The notes under the pieces: model-generated | Databases searched by the model: none | What the model saw: the letters and a program-made list of their open reading frames with translations, nothing else | What the model was told of the DNA's origin: nothing | Shown: one piece after another, positions 59,491 through 64,000 of the stretch | How the letters are laid out: each line of letters starts with the position of its first letter | How positions within the stretch are numbered: the stretch's first letter is position 1 | From: the human T2T-CHM13v2.0 reference genome, Homo sapiens | NCBI RefSeq assembly: GCF_009914755.1 | Contig: NC_060947.1 | Length of the DNA: 64,000 bases | Reading direction: 5' to 3' (one strand) | Program-made: the position numbers and the translations under genes

Positions 59491-60590
59491 CTAAGACAAG
59501 TGAAAATTGGGAATGTAAGTGCAGGGTTTGTGTAAGCAAAATCGCATAAAGAACACTTAGGTAGAGAGGGGTGAATGCAATTGTCCAGCGTTTGTGTTTG
59601 TTCACCCAGAAGCTCCCTGGTTCCCTGACACTTGCAACCACAGCCACACGCTCCAGCCACACGCTCACACACACTGACATTCAGTGGCACACAGCAACAA
59701 ACGCAGCAGCAACCAGATATGGTTCTCTGCAGACCCCCTGACATGCAGGGCCACGCGCCAGCATGCAGTGTTGCACTTTGCTCTTCACAGCCACGCTGCC
59801 ATGCAGCAGTGCACACCCACATGCATAAACACAGAGGTGCTGCCCGTAAGGCTCAGGGCAGGAGTCGAAGCTTCACTGAGCTCTGTGCAGCCTCCCTCCC
59901 CAGCTGCCAAGTGACTCATCCCCAGGGCTGCTAATTAAAGCCAGGACAGAGGGGACAGAGGCAAGGGGAGGGGAAGAGAGAGAAGGCAAGTTTATTTCGG
60001 TGCCAACCAGGCACTCAGCCAGCTTAGGGGTCACCCACTTCCTGGGGCTGGGCCAGGCGGCGGCAGAACACAGAGAGGAAGGGGAGGAGAAGAGAAACCT
60101 CTTACCCCTTCTTGCCCTTCTTTAGCTTCCTGGAAAGTTACCTCCTCCTCTCTCCCACTGTCAAAATCCAGCTCTGACTCCTCTAGACTTCTGTCCTCAC
60201 AAACTGGCTGTCTACACCATCATCACGCTCCCATTTGGGCTGGCCCGAGCTGGCTCATCTGTGTCTGCAGCAACCCCAGACTGTGAAGCAGTAAGTGGCA
60301 AGGTTCCAGGCAAAGGAAGTGGTAGGAACAGGGCAGGGTGGGCAACCGGGCTGAGCCAAATGGGAGGCATCATGGGAGGTGATGCAGCTGGATGGCTCTG
60401 GGGATGGGTAGTGTCTTGGACATGTGGATGGGGGAGCCACAGACGGTTCATGAGGTCTTGGCCATCCCAGATTGCCAAGAGGTGAAAACAAGAGATTATC
60501 TAATCCAAACTCCTGTAGGACAGATTGGAGCACTGAGGCCCACAGTGGGAGGCTCCTCCTCCCACTTCTCCTCCAACTGCAGTGGCTCCC

Positions 60591-60703
60591 GTTGCCATAG
60601 GGACGTCCCTGTCTCCGCGGGTGTCAGCGGCTCCCCCACCCCCTCCCTCCTTCCCTAGCAACAGGCCACCTCCTCCTGCTTTCATCCTTGCGTGCCTAGC
60701 AAC
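60591..60703. promoter_or_regulatory. Cluster of three RFX X-box-like motifs
   Basis: GTTGCCATAGGGAC (60591), CTTCCCTAGCAAC (~60650), CGTGCCTAGCAAC (60691). Confidence 0.55.
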
Positions 60704-63576
60704 CCCAGCCTGGTCCCCAGGGCCAACAAGTTCAGGCTGACCCTCACTGCAGCAGTGCCTCTAGGCCTGGGCCCCCTCATCTTCTGGTGAGGGCCTCATC
60801 AGGCCCGTCCTGCCCTCTCTGTTTTCAAGTTCTACACTTGTTCACATTCTTCCAGCCTGACTATATAGCATATGACAATGGATTGGGTTAGGGGAAAGCA
60901 GAGGACACTACAGTTTGTTGCACCACTATTTCACACCAAGCATTGCTTTACTTTAAGTTCTCTCATCAACCCAGAGAAGTCAAGACTATTGTTTCCATTT
61001 TACCCATGAGAAACTAAGAACCAGAGAAGTTAAGTGATTCTGCAAAGAGTGCACAGCTAGGAAGCAGGCTCTGCTGCTAGCTAGCTTTGTGACCTCGAGC
61101 GATGGCCAATCCCTCTCTGGACCTTGGCTTAAGGTATCTTTAGGTCAGATCTGTGACACTTCTCAGGGACCCACAAGAAGTCCAGGCACCTTTCTCTGCC
61201 CATGCCTACCCCCCACCCCCATCACCAACTGTTCAGCTCTAATTAGACGCCACACTTCCTCTGGCACCCCATACTTTAGAAGCCCTCAGGCCTGGGCCAT
61301 GCCAAGGGTGGCTTGCAATCTACCGACTCTGCTCTCTCCTTGCTATTCAGTTCCCATAAAAGCCCAGGCCTAGCGCCTCTCCTCGGTGTTTCTTCCACCT
61401 CCCTAGCCCTTCCCCCTCCACACACGCATGCATGCACACATGAAGTTTATTAGATGAGGAAACTGGGGCTCCAAGAGACAAACAGATTGTCCAGTCACAC
61501 AACTAGAGAGCAACCCACCCCCCAAATGGAGGCCTGTGCATGGATCCAGTGTTTCTGCCCTTCCTAGGCCACAGAGCCTCGCCTCTCTCCTCCAACTTCC
61601 CCAGCTCCCCACTGATGACAGAAGGTCGCTGTGACCCAGTCCTGACCCGCATTCTGACCTTACTGCTCTTTTCCTGCCTAGATCTTCTATTTTAGCCCCA
61701 CGGATGGCTCCCTGTCTCTAAACCCACCCCCCTCGCTTCCCTCCACAAGCTGATCCCACCTCCGGGGACACCCTCCTTATGCAAATCTGCACGGCAGTCC
61801 CCGACAGCCCTGCTCAGACGCTGCCTGCTCCAGCAAGCTCTCCTTCACCCTAACTGGAGCGAATTCAAAAATTTACAAGTAGGTCCCTACCCAGCCCTGG
61901 TTGCAAGTTCAAGTTGCCTTCCCACCATGTTGTCAAGATATTGCCCCATACACGCCATGCTTTAGCCCCTTCCCATAGCCTGAGTTTGACCCTCGCTTCC
62001 CAGATGCTGACTCCTCTAGGCCCCTACAGCCTCCTTGACTCTGGGCCCAGGATGGATGTCAGGAAGCGTGTCTGAATAAATTAAATGCTGGCTTTGGAAT
62101 CAGACAGCCCAAGGCACTGACTCTCTCAGAACCTCCTTCTCCTCATCTGTAAATCAGGGATTGTAATCCATGCCTATTAGGGCTGTTGTGAGCATTAAAT
62201 AAGATCATATTCCAAGTTGTTAGTATGTGAGGAACAAATGGTGATTGCTATAATTGCTAATATTAGGATGAGGATGAGGATGATGATTATTATCTGCCAG
62301 GCTGTCGAGAGCTCCCGTGGTGATGGTATGGGTAGCACTCTGGGTTGGCGCCAGGCAGACTTGGGTTTGAATCCTGGCTCAGGATCCATATATTAGCTGA
62401 ATCCACATATTAGCTGCCTGGCTGCAGGCAAAACCCATAACCACTGTGAGCCTCAGTTTCCTCAGCTGTAAAACAATGATGATAAGGCCAGCTCAGGTTC
62501 TACCTACAGTGTCACTGGGAGGATCAGACAAAAGAAAGTCCCTGACAACTTCTGTAAGTTGTAAAGGCCCAAATGTATATCATCACATGACTTATGATTA
62601 TGCTCGTTATTAAATGTCCTGAGCTCTAGGTCCCAGGAACTTCCTTGCTGGGAAGAGCTGAGAACTAGAGATGTTTTCAATCTTCTTCTTCAACAAGTAG
62701 CAGGCACATCACCGGGGATGCTTGCAGGAGCCCCGTGCTCGGGTGGCCTCTCTCCAAACCCACGGTGGGACACTGAGATCTATTCCCTTTGCTAGACAGG
62801 TGCCTTCCTAAGTGCTAGGACAAGCTGTGCCCATGACATGCTCCTTGGCTGCATGCTAGGACTAATTATGTCTTGTCACAAACCCCTTTCCTGGACACTG
62901 GGACTGATTGCATTAAAGCTGGCCTCAGCATGTGTTTATCCCACAGCCCCATTCTTGGCTCTGGGTATCCGTGTGTTTACCCCAGATCCCCTGTCTGGGG
63001 TGCTAGAACAGAGTGTGTCTCATTAGACACTTTTGTCTGTATGCTGGCATCCTCTGTCCCCAGCCCATATCCACTGCCTGAATGACAGGACCAGGGCTCC
63101 TGCATACAGTCAGGCAAGCTGTGCCTTTCACAAAGGGTCACAGCCAAAAGGATATGAACAGGGGCTGATATCCAACCCGTGCTATGCTCAATGGAGCCAC
63201 TCAGAGGGGGTGCCCTTGAAAGGGACATCTTTTTCTATTCTTCACAAAGGTGCCAATTATGCTACTGGCAGCCGTGGCTGGGAAAGACTGTACCCATCTG
63301 TGCCTCTGCTGCCTGGGCTCAGCTCAGCTCAGTGGCCTATCCCATAGCCCCCAGCCTGGATGTTAAGGCTGAGTGGGTCCTATCCTGAGCACCCCCATCA
63401 TTCCTATATAATCCCTATACTTGACACCTCTGCCTTCATGAAGCTTCTGATGGGGTAAGGCCTGGGAAATGCACAAAGGTCCCTTGTCTTTACCTTTACC
63501 CAAGTTTTACTCCTGCCTCCCCAACTGGCAGATTGAGCACATCTTTAAAACTTACTATGTCTACCAATGGGTCAGT

Positions 63577-63626
63577 AACAACAATAACAACAACAAAAAT
63601 AAAATAAAATAAAATAAAATAAAACG
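63577..63626. repeat. (CAA)n(TAAAA)n simple repeat
   Basis: Direct reading. Confidence 0.85.
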
Positions 63627-64000
63627 TACTGAAGCTTGTAAACTTTTTTTACCAAGCACACACAAAAAAATTTTCCTTGTCGCCATAATGTATAGTTCTA
63701 ATGTCTAGAATGTGTTACATCCAGAGTCCATTCAAATCCCACTACTCAGGGCTGGCACAGATTCAGGGTGGAAAGTGAACGCTAGACCAGGGAAGCTCAG
63801 CATCGATCATGCCCTCTTACCCTGGGAGGAGAAGGTGGAAAAGGTCCTTGTCCAGAGCTGACCTCTCAGCTTTCATATCTGGGCAGCTCCTATGAGCCCC
63901 TATGGTGTTCAGCCAAGCTCCCAAGTCAACTAGTGTCAGAAAGACTAAGGAACAGTCTTGAACCCCCTCCCCACAGCTGCCACATCCCCCAACTGCCCTC

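Overview
Human (primate) genomic DNA containing most of IQSEC2 (BRAG1, the X-linked IQ-motif/Sec7/PH ARF-GEF) on the minus strand. I traced 13 shared coding exons (canonical exons 3-15) by GT-AG boundaries and continuous reading frame; the long-isoform exons 1-2 are not in the window. Two alternative N-terminal exons (53743-53768, 51815-51910) and an acidic exon at 39218-39317 give, by my count, a 949-aa product (exon 14 skipped) and a 73-aa product, matching my recollection of the short isoforms. The rest is intron rich in Alu, MIR, L2, old L1, MLT1 and hAT-Charlie relics. Best leads: (1) a set of phase-2 exons feeding exon 3, including two 96-nt exons sharing an HQ[Y/F]CCP motif, a candidate first exon at 28465-28655 and a candidate 24-nt polybasic microexon at 60106-60129; (2) clustered RFX X-box motifs; (3) an exact 63-bp templated insertion into an L2; (4) splicing signals around exon 14, the PDZ-tail switch. 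No prokaryote-type system, tRNA or rRNA was seen. Repeat boundaries and subfamilies are by eye and approximate.
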